From NCBI GenBank assembly GCA_016748015.1, contig JAAOMT010000672.1, positions 580,406 through 631,215 of the forward strand: a stretch of DNA of 50,810 bases, read 5' to 3'. Below are positions 38,508-49,405 of the stretch, piece after piece. Position 1 is the first letter of the stretch; each line of letters begins with the position of its first letter. The stretch comes from Geosiphon pyriformis uo1. Lineage: Eukaryota; Fungi; Glomeromycota. The translations under genes and the position numbers were made by a program. The notes beneath the pieces are model-generated. The model worked only from the letters and a program-made list of their open reading frames with translations. It made no database searches and was not told where the DNA came from.

Positions 38508-40820
38508 ATTTTTTTATTTTTTTTTATTTCAGTTTAATGAGTGCAGCCCAATTACTATTTAGTATACAGAATCAAAACTGTGAACTCTAACTAGATGTGA
38601 TTCACGTATTTTCTACATATAACCAGTTATTCAAGTCAGTTTAGGCTATATTACATTGATGCACTAGAAGAAAACTTATCCAAAGATGACATTTTTTGAA
38701 TGACAAGAAACAAAGTTGCACTGTAAAGAACCAATCCAACCAGCAATTTGGCTGTTTTCAAGACATCAGTCTTAACATTAATAGTCTCATGTTCCCAAAG
38801 GAACATCAAGTTAGAAAACACTTCATCATTCAAACCAACTGGGTGCTTTGAATTACCAGACATATCAATATTTTTTATGCAGCAATTTTTTTTTAAAGAA
38901 ACCACTTTTCTTCCCAATTTACTAACAACTTTATTAAAAGAACCTAAATGTACCATAATTTCATTAATCTTAAGACCAGTTTTACTGCTTGAGACCAAAT
39001 CCCCATTAATAAATTGTTCAAACAATTTGACCAAAAAACCAACTGGTTTAACAATAAACTCAATCAAAGCAGAAAGCTTGACCAAATCAGACTTCACAGA
39101 AGCCAATCAAAAAGACACCATGAGATCACCAACAACCATAAAAGAAGAAATAGGAGCTACCAGAAAAAAAAACTCAGAAAAATCCAAGGAAGCAGAAGCT
39201 TTTGCATAAGAAACACTACTCACAAAATGTGGTTTAAACATCTTGGGAGTTTTGAGGGAAGAAGATGAAGAAATCTTGTAATCTATAGCCAAATGGCCTA
39301 TTTTTTGACACTTAAAGCAACACCAACAACCAGAGATTTCTCACCAAATATGGCATTTTCTTAAAGTACCAGTTTTAACAACTGCAAATTCCAAATCAAC
39401 TTGGGAACCAAATATAACCAGAGCAAACCAGGAACAATAACCAGAATCAAATAAACAAGGAATGAAACAAGTTTGACCATCAATCTAAGAGATCATATCA
39501 CTAATCTTAAAAACAGTATAGCCAAAAGAGAGATTAATCAACTTGGCCTTGAACTGATCACAAAACAAAATTGTCTCATTTTGATTGATAAGGGGAAAAA
39601 TACGAACATTATCTTGCCTACCAAAATTGACCAATAAGTAAGAGCAGAGGCAGCAGCATTCAATTCTTTGAAATAAACAATTACATATTGCTAAACATCA
39701 GCAGACTTTAGCATGACATGAGAAATTTTACCAAAAACTTCAAAAGCTGACTTAATATTGGCAGTAGACACACTCAAAAACATATCATGCAGTACAACAG
39801 CAGCAAGAGAAGAAACAAATTCAGAAATTACCAAAAACTTGGCAATTTTAAGAGTGACAAGACAAACAGAACTTGTAAACTCAATTAGAAACAGCATCTA
39901 AAGAACTTTGGAAGGCAAACTCAACACAGAAGAGTTTCATATTGTTCTTAAAAACAGATTTTGCACCCAAAAAACCATATATAGACTGAAAAGCAGTCTT
40001 AACATAAGCCAATTTAATCTTGAAAGTAGTACCAAGCACTAAAGTGAAGGCCACCTACCCAGCAAACCTTTGATAACTAATAATAGTTTTCCAAGCACCA
40101 CTAGTGGTAGCACTAAAAACCAGAGAAGAAGATGATTCAGTTTCTATTTGGTCAGTTCAGTTTTTAAAAAAAGATAACCCAACAAAAGGAGATTGTTTTG
40201 CTTCTAAAACTGGTGATAATTTATCAGAAGACACCACATTTGGCAACACAGCCAGTGGTTGATTTAGGCTTATCTTGAACAATATGCTGAATAATGCTAT
40301 AGAAATCTCATCTAAAATCTCATTAGGAATTACAAAAGGGTTCAGTATAATAATAGCAGAGGCAAGTGACTGTCTTCACTTTTCTGAACTTTTGGTCTTT
40401 TTGATCATTTTTTTTGAAAAAGTGGTGTTAGCAACACCAAGTGTTGAATCTATGGAGGGTAAAATCAGCTTATTTACTGGTCTATTATTAAAAACTTTTG
40501 GGCTCTTAGTTGGAGTGGAGGCAACACTGAAATTAACCCAAATGTGTCTCTTTGAAGGAACTTTAACTGGTGAAAAATCAGCCAAAGATGAGAAAGTTGT
40601 TTCAGTGGTTACCAAAAACAGCTTATTACAATTACTGAGTAAAGAGAAAACTTCTAAAACATTCTGCTTAATTGTTTTTATAACAGAGAGAGCTTCTTTG
40701 GTTGAAATTTTATTAGATATCTCAAGACAGATATCAAGTACAGCTTTTTTACTCTTTGTTCTGGTTATGATTATAAAATTAAGGAAACAAAGAGTTTTTT
40801 TTTCTTCAAAATTTTTTAAT
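38508..40820 (-). mobile_element. ORF1-only non-LTR retroelement (HAL1-like) with 3' UTR and poly(A)
   Basis: A single decayed ORF of about 700 codons is followed directly by a 3' UTR of about 120 nt homologous to the LINE tail at 41330-41450, then an A-rich tail. No endonuclease or RT. The 5' boundary is approximate. Confidence 0.75.
38651..40768 (-). pseudogene. LINE ORF1-like protein (S/P-rich N-terminus, RRM-like segments, CCHC knuckle, coiled-coil-like C-terminus)
   Basis: ORF pieces 40376-40615, 39691-39897, 39107-39292 and 38651-39106. CFKCQKIGHLAID(Y<C) at about 39278-39320. The start is eroded to ATA at 40768. Confidence 0.75.
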
Positions 40821-41319
40821 TAATGTTATAATTTTTTGCAAATTTTTAAAGATAAATATAAATTTTTTAATTTTTTAAAAAAATAATAGTTTTTTAAAAT
40901 TATTTATTATAAAAATAATTTTTTAACAATTATTAATAAATTAATATCTAAAATAAAATTTTTTTAATAAAAACTATTAGATTTAATTATTTAGATCTTA
41001 AAGCAATAAAATATAAAAATAAAAAAACTATTATTTTATTTGTATTTATTTTTTTAGTTTTAAAGTATTTAATTAAAAGTATAAAAAGGCCTTACTTTTA
41101 TTATTTGTTTTTTAATTAATATTAATATTTAAAAGAATTTTAATTTTTTTTGCAAAATTAGTTTTTATATTTTTAAATTATTTAATACAAATATTATCTA
41201 AAAGTATTTTTAAAATTAAATTTATTTTATTATCTAAGTTTTTAATATTTTTAATCAAAACTTTAAATTTTTGTATAAAAATATTATTTATAAAACCATA
41301 AATAGTTCTATTTATTAAC

Positions 41320-44050
41320 TTCTTTTTTTTAACATTTCAAGTAAGACCCAAATGTTATCTAATATAATTCATCAAACTAAGAGATTTAAACTAAACACAA
41401 ATCATGCACTTTCTACATATAACCAGCTACTTGAACCAATTAAAGTAATATTATAAATCTATTTTAACTGACACTACACTATTAACACCAGAAAAAAAAC
41501 CATAAGGCTTAAAAAAACCAAGACAAATACCAAGCACTTCTGCTATTCTAAGCAACCTAATAACTTCAACAAAAAGTAAAAATAACAGACCATGAACCAT
41601 GGGAAACACTGAGCTATTATGCAAAATCAATCTTTTTTTTTCTATAAACATCCTATATTTAACTCTAACTAACTATACATTAGTATAGTGAGTGGTCTTT
41701 ATACTCTGAACAAAATTAATAACACCTTTACTAGCTGATTCTACATTATTAAAAATGGTCACTGTTTTCAAAAACCAATCTTTAAACAAAAAGTTTTTAC
41801 ACAAAACAGTATACAAATTGTTATTAGAAATGTATAAAAAGATTATTTACAAGACCCAAAACAATAACAGACTTAAACCTAATATAACATACTACTAATT
41901 TAAATAAGATGTAAACAGAAAATCACAAATTGCAGAGTCTATTTGGCATACAAAAAAATGATCAAAACTTTTTACCTTCTTATAATAAATACACAATACA
42001 CTTGAATACTTTTTATTATACAATTGTTTTTATTTAGCAATTAGTAGATGGTAGTATACAGTCTTTATAAAATATAAATGTAAACTGGCCATAAACTTAC
42101 TTGTAAATTCAGTCATCATATAAGAGTCAAAATGCCAAACAAAAACAGTATGAACCCAATTCACATTACTAATAAAATCTGTGTCAATAACATCAGAACC
42201 AGGTTTAATCTCTCAATATGTATAATAAACAGTTCTATAAATATTTTGAACAAAACAGTGAGTATTACCAGATACTGCCATTCTGCCAGCCCCAAAAAAC
42301 CTATCACAAACCAGAACAAAAACACCAAATCTGAACTAGCAGTCAAGCCAATCAGCTTATCAGCATGCTTATTGTTTAAAATACCAGAATTTTTTTTGAT
42401 TTTGCATCAAGAAATACTAAGCCTCTTATCCTTAATAAATGTTACAACTCTTTGTTATTTTATCTAACACCAATTATGATAGTTAAGCAGAGCCAAAACT
42501 AACTTAGCAGCATAAGCATCTAAAACAGTTTGATTGTTTGAATACACTAAAACTGAGCTGCTAGAAGGAACCCACTTTAAAGCCAGAATGATCACTTGCA
42601 ATTTTGCCAACATAGAGGATACCAACTTATTAACACTAATGCTAACACCCAAACTCAGGTCAGAGAAATATGCAACTGCTTTACATTTTATTTCACATAT
42701 GTCCAAATTTCTTAAAGACTCATCTGTATAGACATTAATAACACTTAAACCAAAGGCAACAAGACTTTTTTTTATCTTAAAAATGCCATTAGAATTACAT
42801 ATAGACAAAAAATGAAAAAAAAAAAGACCAACTCAAAAAATCATATGCTAAACTAAACCAGCCAAAGATTGGACTTCTTAGGTCAAGTCTTTTCTAATAG
42901 TAGAATCTTTTCTAATTGAAAATTAAACCCTTTCTGTTATATAATTGATTAATAAAAGCAACTTCAAATCTTTTAAATAAACATAAAACATTAAAAAACA
43001 TCAAATCCCTTAAAACAAAAGACATTAGAGTGCTACCAGAAAAATGAAAAGCAGACAAAATAAAATTGTCCAAGAACATATTACAATTCAAGAAAATCTG
43101 AATCATACCAGCTAAAAAATTGTTAACCAGACTAACTTACAGCTTTATAAATTGATGCAACAAATAAATAGGAGACCAACTTATAATTTGCAGGTTCAAA
43201 GACTTATAATTAAACAATCTACTAAGAATCTCACTAGCATTTGAGAAATCCAACACAGAAGCCACTTTGCATTTAGCTTGTAATTGTTTGAAAAACTTTA
43301 AATCATACAATAAAAAATAATAAAGAGTTTTATTAGAAAAATCTCTTGGCAAGCCAGTTTTTATTCTTAAACTCTTTCTAATCATCATATTTTACTTAAT
43401 ATATACACTTCTAAAGACAAAACTAAACTAAGTTCTGTAACTAATTATAAGTTGAAGTATAGCTGAAACTAAATAAAAAAACTGCTTGTTTAAGATTGTT
43501 TTTCTTAAAACCAAATTAACAAAAAACTTAACATTTGAATAAACCTTTGTCATACTTGGTTTGAATAAACTCTTAAAAAACAAAAAATACCAAGATATCT
43601 ATGAGACTTTCTCTTCTGGACAACCAAAATCAGCAAACCATTAATTGACAATAAAACATCTTTGATCTGTTAATTAATAGAAATGACAACTGTTTTTTCA
43701 TTATTAATTGAAATATCATTAACCTTAAAAAAGCTACTAGCAATGTCCAAAATGTACTGAATGGCTGCTTAGCTGTTCTCAATCCAAATTGTGTTATTAA
43801 CAAAAGTGCCAGTCACAAAAAAGAAAGTCATTTCATTTTGACTTTTCAAGCTGCCAATTTTAGCAATAAACTTAATGTTAATATAATAACTACATAAAAT
43901 TTCCTGCTATTTGACTTTACACAACAAAGAGTCATAAAATATCCTCCAAAGCAGAAAAAAAAAATCTTATTCTGGTCCAGACTATTATGCACTCAGTACT
44001 TACTCATTAGACCAAAATCAGTCATAATCAAATTGACTCTATTACTAATT
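41320..44050 (-). mobile_element. 5'-truncated LINE (RT C-terminal half, RNase H, C-terminal Cys/His region, 3' UTR, poly(A))
   Basis: MTDFGL, FVNNTIW (eroded FVDD), HRYLGIF. RNase H VYTDESL / MLAKLQVI / YSNNQ / GILNNKHAD. Stop at 41451, tail ending at the T-run 41323-41330. Confidence 0.88.
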
Positions 44051-44770
44051 TATTTTAATTATAGTATTATTAATAATAGTTATTTAGTTTAAGACAAAAA
44101 AATTATTGTCTTGTAAAATATTAATAAAAATATAATAAAAACAGAAATTTTTTTTTTAAAAATAGTTTTATTTGAAAATTTTTTTAAATTAAAAATATTA
44201 TTAATATTATTGTCTTATTGTTTAAAAATTTATAAAATCTATAATATTTGTTTTTTAAAATAAATTTATATAATAAAAATAAAAATAACTAATTAAAAAT
44301 TTTGTAAAATATAAAGTTATTAAAACTTAAATATATAATATTTAAAATAAAAATTAAATTAGTATTTAAATAAAAAGTTGTTAAATACATAAATAAAATA
44401 AAAACAAATAGTTTTTTTAATTTATATAGTTTAATATAAGTTTAAATTACTGGTTACATATTTTAAGTTTTAATTAAATTATATTTAATTAATACATAAA
44501 AATAACATTATTAAATTTGTTTTATTTACAAATTAAAATACATAAACTTTTATTTAATAAGTTTTAAAGTTAAATATAATATATAAAATAATAATAAAAA
44601 TATATTTTAATACTAGCTTGATTTTTTTCAATTTTAATAGTATTAATTCTAATTTTTAAAACTTACAATTATTTTTATTTTAATATAATAAAACGAATTT
44701 TATTCAACATTAATAAACATATTAATGAAATATTGCACAATACAATAATTATTAAATAACAATTATATGA
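44050..44770. other. Extremely AT-rich non-coding tract (similar tracts at about 38395-38530 and 40820-41320)
   Basis: Almost devoid of G/C. No ORFs. Confidence 0.8.
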
Positions 44771-44936
44771 TGTAGGCATACTGCAGGGGTTAAAAACTCT
44801 GATTATTGTTATAATTTAACAATAACGGGGTTTGTTAAATTTATACTGATAAATCAAAGATCTGAAACGTCATTGACACGAACCAAACATATATTAGGCC
44901 ATATCTTCCCAAACCTTAACAAACACGCAAAACACC

Positions 44937-47900
44937 ATGGCTAGTGTGGACAAAATCGAACGTGAATTAGAATACGCTAAGACCCAGTATGATAAATGCG
45001 AGGAGAAGCTGAAGGAAAAGGAGAAGCTAGAAAAGTTAATGGAGGCTGAGAAGGAAGATGAGTTACGTGAAAAGGAAGATGAGTTACGTGAAAAGGAAGA
45101 TGAGTTACGTGAATTGAAGAAGAATTTGAGACAAGAGAAGTACAAGAACGAAAACGAAAAGCATTGGTGGATAGAAGATATACAAGCGCTAGAAAAGCAA
45201 AAAGAAAAGCTAGAAAAGCAAAAAGAAAAGCTAGAAAAGCAAAAAGAAAAGCTAGAAAAGCAAAAAGAAAAGCAAATAGAAAAGCTAGAAGAAGAAGTGA
45301 AGGAGCTAAAAACGAGTAAAGATAGATGGGAGTTGCAGATGCAACAATTACAAAATACGTTGATGGAAACAACTAAGACAGGTAACTCGGGCGTTGGGAA
45401 ATGGAGTAGGATAAAAAAGTACTTTCTTATCCACCCTATTACCATTATCCTTCGTTCATTTGACTAATTTGTGCTCATTTACTTCTGCCTCTTACTTCCA
45501 AAATTGCTTTGCATTTAACTCAATAATAAAACCTTTTGACTTAATGTTAGCTCTTAACTTAAGTTTTACTCTTCACCTCCGTTATCTATCATCTATACCC
45601 GTTTTCATCTATTTGAGAGAACGCTCGATATACTCTTATGATGTTAATTAACTATTGCTTTCTTCCTTCCCTTTTCTTGTCGCCGATGTGCTTTATTTGT
45701 TTCTTATAGCTAAGTCTTCCACTGGTAGGTTATTTGTTCAATCTATTTTTATTAACATGTGTTTTGAGTTTGAAGTGATCCTTTTTAGTATTAAGTTTCA
45801 TCTAGTATAAATACTAAGTTATAATTCTTTCTAGAAACTGGCAGTGATTTCATCTCCTCTACCTCAGAATCTCTGAAAAGTGAGTACCTTTCTTCTTTTG
45901 TAACTGAATCTAATTAATATTTTAACTATCCTTTCTCATTTCTAACTATAATGCATGAAATTCAGGATCAATGGTGGAGGCATTTGAGCAAAAATACAAA
46001 GATGATCTCGGTGTCTTGCAGCTTTTTGAAAAACATATTGACGACTGTGCACACGAGTGGGAAACTGCTCAGGATCTTATATATTATGCTCCATACAGTG
46101 TTCTCTTCCAAGGATCTGGGACTGGGAAGTCTAGACTTCTTCATCAGCTTGCTCAAGACCGCTTTGTTATATACTTATGCTTTCATGCGAATTCTAGTTC
46201 AGGAGTTCCACCCGCGACACCAACTGTTCGTAATTTCTTTCTTTATCAGGAGGAAAATGAAATGGTTTACATAGCGGCATTTTTCTGTAGTTGTATAGAA
46301 TTTCTTGACGGAAAAAGCATTGAAGATTGGAAGAATCAACAGCGAGATCCCGAATTTGAAAAAAAAATAATAAACAAAGCTAATAGCTTAGTGACATCCT
46401 GGAAAGAAGGCTCAATTGAGTTAAATCTGATGGATGAAACATCTTGTGCAAATAAAATTGCAGAAGTTTGGAAAAAGGTTGAACCACATTTATCGAAGAT
46501 CGTCAACAAAAAGGCAAAACTTGTATTCGCGTTTGATGAATCACGGACTTTACTAGGGACGTTAGGACAAAGTAAAGCATTTATCCACACTCGCCGAGCT
46601 TTACGTTGTCTTCCTTCGGGCGTTTTTGCCATATTCGCTGATACCATTTCAAACCTCGCTGACTTTGCGCCATTAGCATCTTTGGATCCCTCAGCCCGAT
46701 TATACTTAAATAAGAATAAACTTTTCCCGCCATTTTATTTTATGGGTACGTTTGATTTATTTAGCCAAACAAACTCAGACTCGGAACAACTATTAAAGTT
46801 AGAAGAGCTGTTCGCACTAGGACGACCTTTGTGGGGTGCGGCTTTGAGGAGTGCTGCCAAACTCAATGAACTTATGAAACTAGCACGACAAAAACTCTTG
46901 GGTGGAGGTATAACCGTGTATGATTGGCTTAACAAACCAACTTTAGCTTCTGGTCTCGCTATTTTATCTTCTCGCATCTCACTTGATGTCACAGCTGAGT
47001 CTCGCATTGCTTCGGAATTAGTTGCCGGATTCATGGGGATATGCGTTCACGTTTCAGAGGATCGGCATAAACTATTGGCATTCTATCCGTCTGAACCGAT
47101 ACTTGCTGAGGCTGCAGCATTGCTTATGAAAGACCAGAATGTGTTGAGAAAACTACTCCACTTTCTACTAGATGCATTACACACTGGTTATATAGAACCT
47201 GGCTATCGTGGAGAGTTGGTCGCCCGTTTACTTTTAATGATCGCTTGGGATCATGCTACTAGAGATAGAGATATATCACCACACTTGGGAAATCTAGGAT
47301 ATTCGAAGGAGTTTGTTTCACGCCCAATTAGAGTGAAGGAGTTTTTGATATCTCTTTTCGGGCAGGAGAACTATGACGAACATATTCAAAGTTTCCCTCA
47401 AAAGTTGGCTGATGGTTTACTTGCATTTACACACTTCATTCCGGTTACTTACACCCCAAACCAGACACAATTGAGAACTCTATTCATTCGCTTCGCAGCT
47501 GTGATATGTAAACGTAACCAAGCAGGAGTTGACTTGATAATTCCAGTTTTGTTGGATTGGGATGGATCTAGTCCTATTTCAGTTGATTCAATGTCTTACT
47601 TTCTAATTCAAGTCAAGAATTGGAGTAAGATTTACGATGCTCATTGGCCTTCATCAGCCACAAGTAAACTCTCGAGGGAGTTTGTCTATAAAGGTAAAAC
47701 TACAGAGGAAAACCAAAATCCCTACCTGTCTCTATATCTTCAGCTGGGTGCTCCAGAGCCAGCTTTGGAATCATTTTATATCGAGAGCTTTCCAGCCTTT
47801 AACACAAAGTTACAAAAGAAGACACGACTTGAAGCAGAGAAAGCAGGAAAAGCAAAGACACAATATTGTATATCTGGATTAGGGTTGGATAAGATTTTGT

Positions 47901-48046
47901 ATCGTTGCCTGGATAAATTGAGTGATGATGATATTAGTATTTTGAAACAGCTTTTGTGTGCATGGCCTGATCCTTTAAATTTGGCTAAACATGAAAATGT
48001 TAAGTCACTATTGCGATCAATGATGCCACTTGTGTATGAAAAATAA
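44937..48046 (+). CDS. Spliced gene: coiled-coil header + P-loop NTPase + PD-(D/E)xK nuclease-like domain (Crinkler/CR-type effector-like). Exons 44937-45381, [45710-45724], 45835-45879, 45966-48046
   Basis: Intact 691-aa ORF with Walker A (QGSGTGKS), Walker B (LVFAFDES) and AGVDLIIPV...LIQVKN. GT-AG introns join the upstream coiled-coil ORF in frame (856 aa, or 861 aa with the micro-exon). CpG is retained. Confidence 0.82.
45048..45272 (+). repeat. Two in-frame 21-bp (heptad) tandem arrays: EKEDELR x3 (45048-45110) and LEKQKEK x4 (45189-45272)
   Basis: gaaaaggaagatgagttacgt and ctagaaaagcaaaaagaaaag units, nearly perfect. Confidence 0.95.
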
Positions 48047-48111
48047 AAATGACATGATTTTTTATTAGATTAACAATTCAATATTTTAGATTAATTAATT
48101 GAACAATATAT

Positions 48112-48650
48112 TGTTACGGGTTTGAGTAATGGAAATAATAAAAAAGAAAATTCAATCAAAGAAACGAATTGAATTTGTAAAGATTCAATGTGTGTAATCA
48201 ATTTTAGAATCACTTAATTTTTTTTGGAAAATTTGAAAATAGAAAAATAGTTCATGATTGTCAATAAAATAACACTATTGCGATTATTTTATGTTTTACT
48301 TGGTGATTTTAAAAATCAATAATAGGTATTGTGCTTTTTAATTGTTTTTTTATTCAAAAAATTACAAAAGCAAACAAATATTTTTTAAATTAAATTAAGA
48401 AATACCAATTAGTTTTTTATTTACAAATATTTAAATACTTAAAGATAAAAAATTAAAAAAGAGAAATAAATAAAATAAGAAAAAATATTGGATATATTTT
48501 TATTGTATTTAATTTTTAGATTTTATGTTTTTTTATATGTAACTATTAATAATTAGATTAACAATTAAATTAATAATTAAGTTAATTTAAAGCTTATTTG
48601 TTTTTTATATAAATTTTTTAATTATTTTTTTAATTATATTGAAAAACAAT
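48112..48650 (-). repeat. Eroded family-C-like LTR
   Basis: Begins tgttacgggtttgagtaa (compare tgttacaggttaaagtaa at 48656). Colinear blocks such as atggaaataat, gaattgaat, gattcaatgtg and aaatatt(t/c)aaatactt match 48656-49230. Confidence 0.7.
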
Positions 48651-48655
48651 AATAT

Positions 48656-49405
48656 TGTTACAGGTTAAAGTAACAAGCTAATGGATAGCAAGGGAAAACA
48701 GGATTGTAGGGTGATGGAAATAATCAAAGGGAATTCAATTTTAAAGAGTGAATTGAATGAATATGGATTCAATGTGCAAGATCAGTCTTATAAAATATCT
48801 CAGTCACTATACTTTTCAAAGGTAACTAAGGAATCTGAAGATAGAGAGATAGTCCATACTGTCAACAAATGATTACACTTGGTATAATTCTATGCCTTAC
48901 ATCAGCACTCTTAGAATTCAATATCAAGTATTAAATGTGCTCTTCAGTCATGTTTTATTTAATAATTTTTAAATGCTGCAATTATATGTTTTAGGAAAAA
49001 GGTAAGGAATAACCAACAAGTAATCTTTTATTTTTAAAATATTCAAATACTTGAAAGTAAGAAAAAAGAAATTAATGATAAAAGAAAGATTAAGATGAAG
49101 TTGTTATTTTATTTCTTTTATTTTTTTGATTCTTTCATGCTTTTCTACAGCTAAAAAATTCATCACTTATATAGCTGTTAAAAGTAGTCAATAATTAGGT
49201 CAATGACTAGGTTAATAATCAGGTCAATAATCAGGTTAATGATTAGGTCATTAATCAGATCAATAATCAGGTCAATGATCAGGTCAATGGTCAGGTTATT
49301 GATCAGATCAATAATTACTTACTAAAAATAAAGTGGCTAATTTATGTGACATCAGTGGCTAATACATATGATAATTAATAAAAAGTATAAGTTTCAACTG
49401 TAACA
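48656..49405 (-). repeat. 3' LTR of family C (750 bp)
   Basis: Terminal inverted repeat TGTTACAG...CTGTAACA. 12-bp tandem array at about 49190-49315. Homologous to 31156-31590. Confidence 0.9.

Noticed and set aside
38748-40823. Plus-strand ORFs 38748-39209, 39014-39268 and 40275-40823
   Set aside because: Antisense to the ORF1-like pseudogene, with no recognisable motifs.
44770-44793. ctgcagggg-ttaa as a piggyBac-like terminus
   Set aside because: No matching ttaa-cccctgcag end can be identified with confidence in the eroded upstream DNA.
44894-45445. Minus-strand ORFs 44894-45445 and 44977-45372 (F/S/L/A-rich, membrane-like)
   Set aside because: Antisense shadows of the purine-rich coiled-coil repeats.
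45971-48046. Bacterial contamination or recent horizontal transfer of the GC/CpG-richer ORF
   Set aside because: In-frame spliceosomal introns lie upstream. The compositional contrast is explained by mutation of the surrounding repeats.
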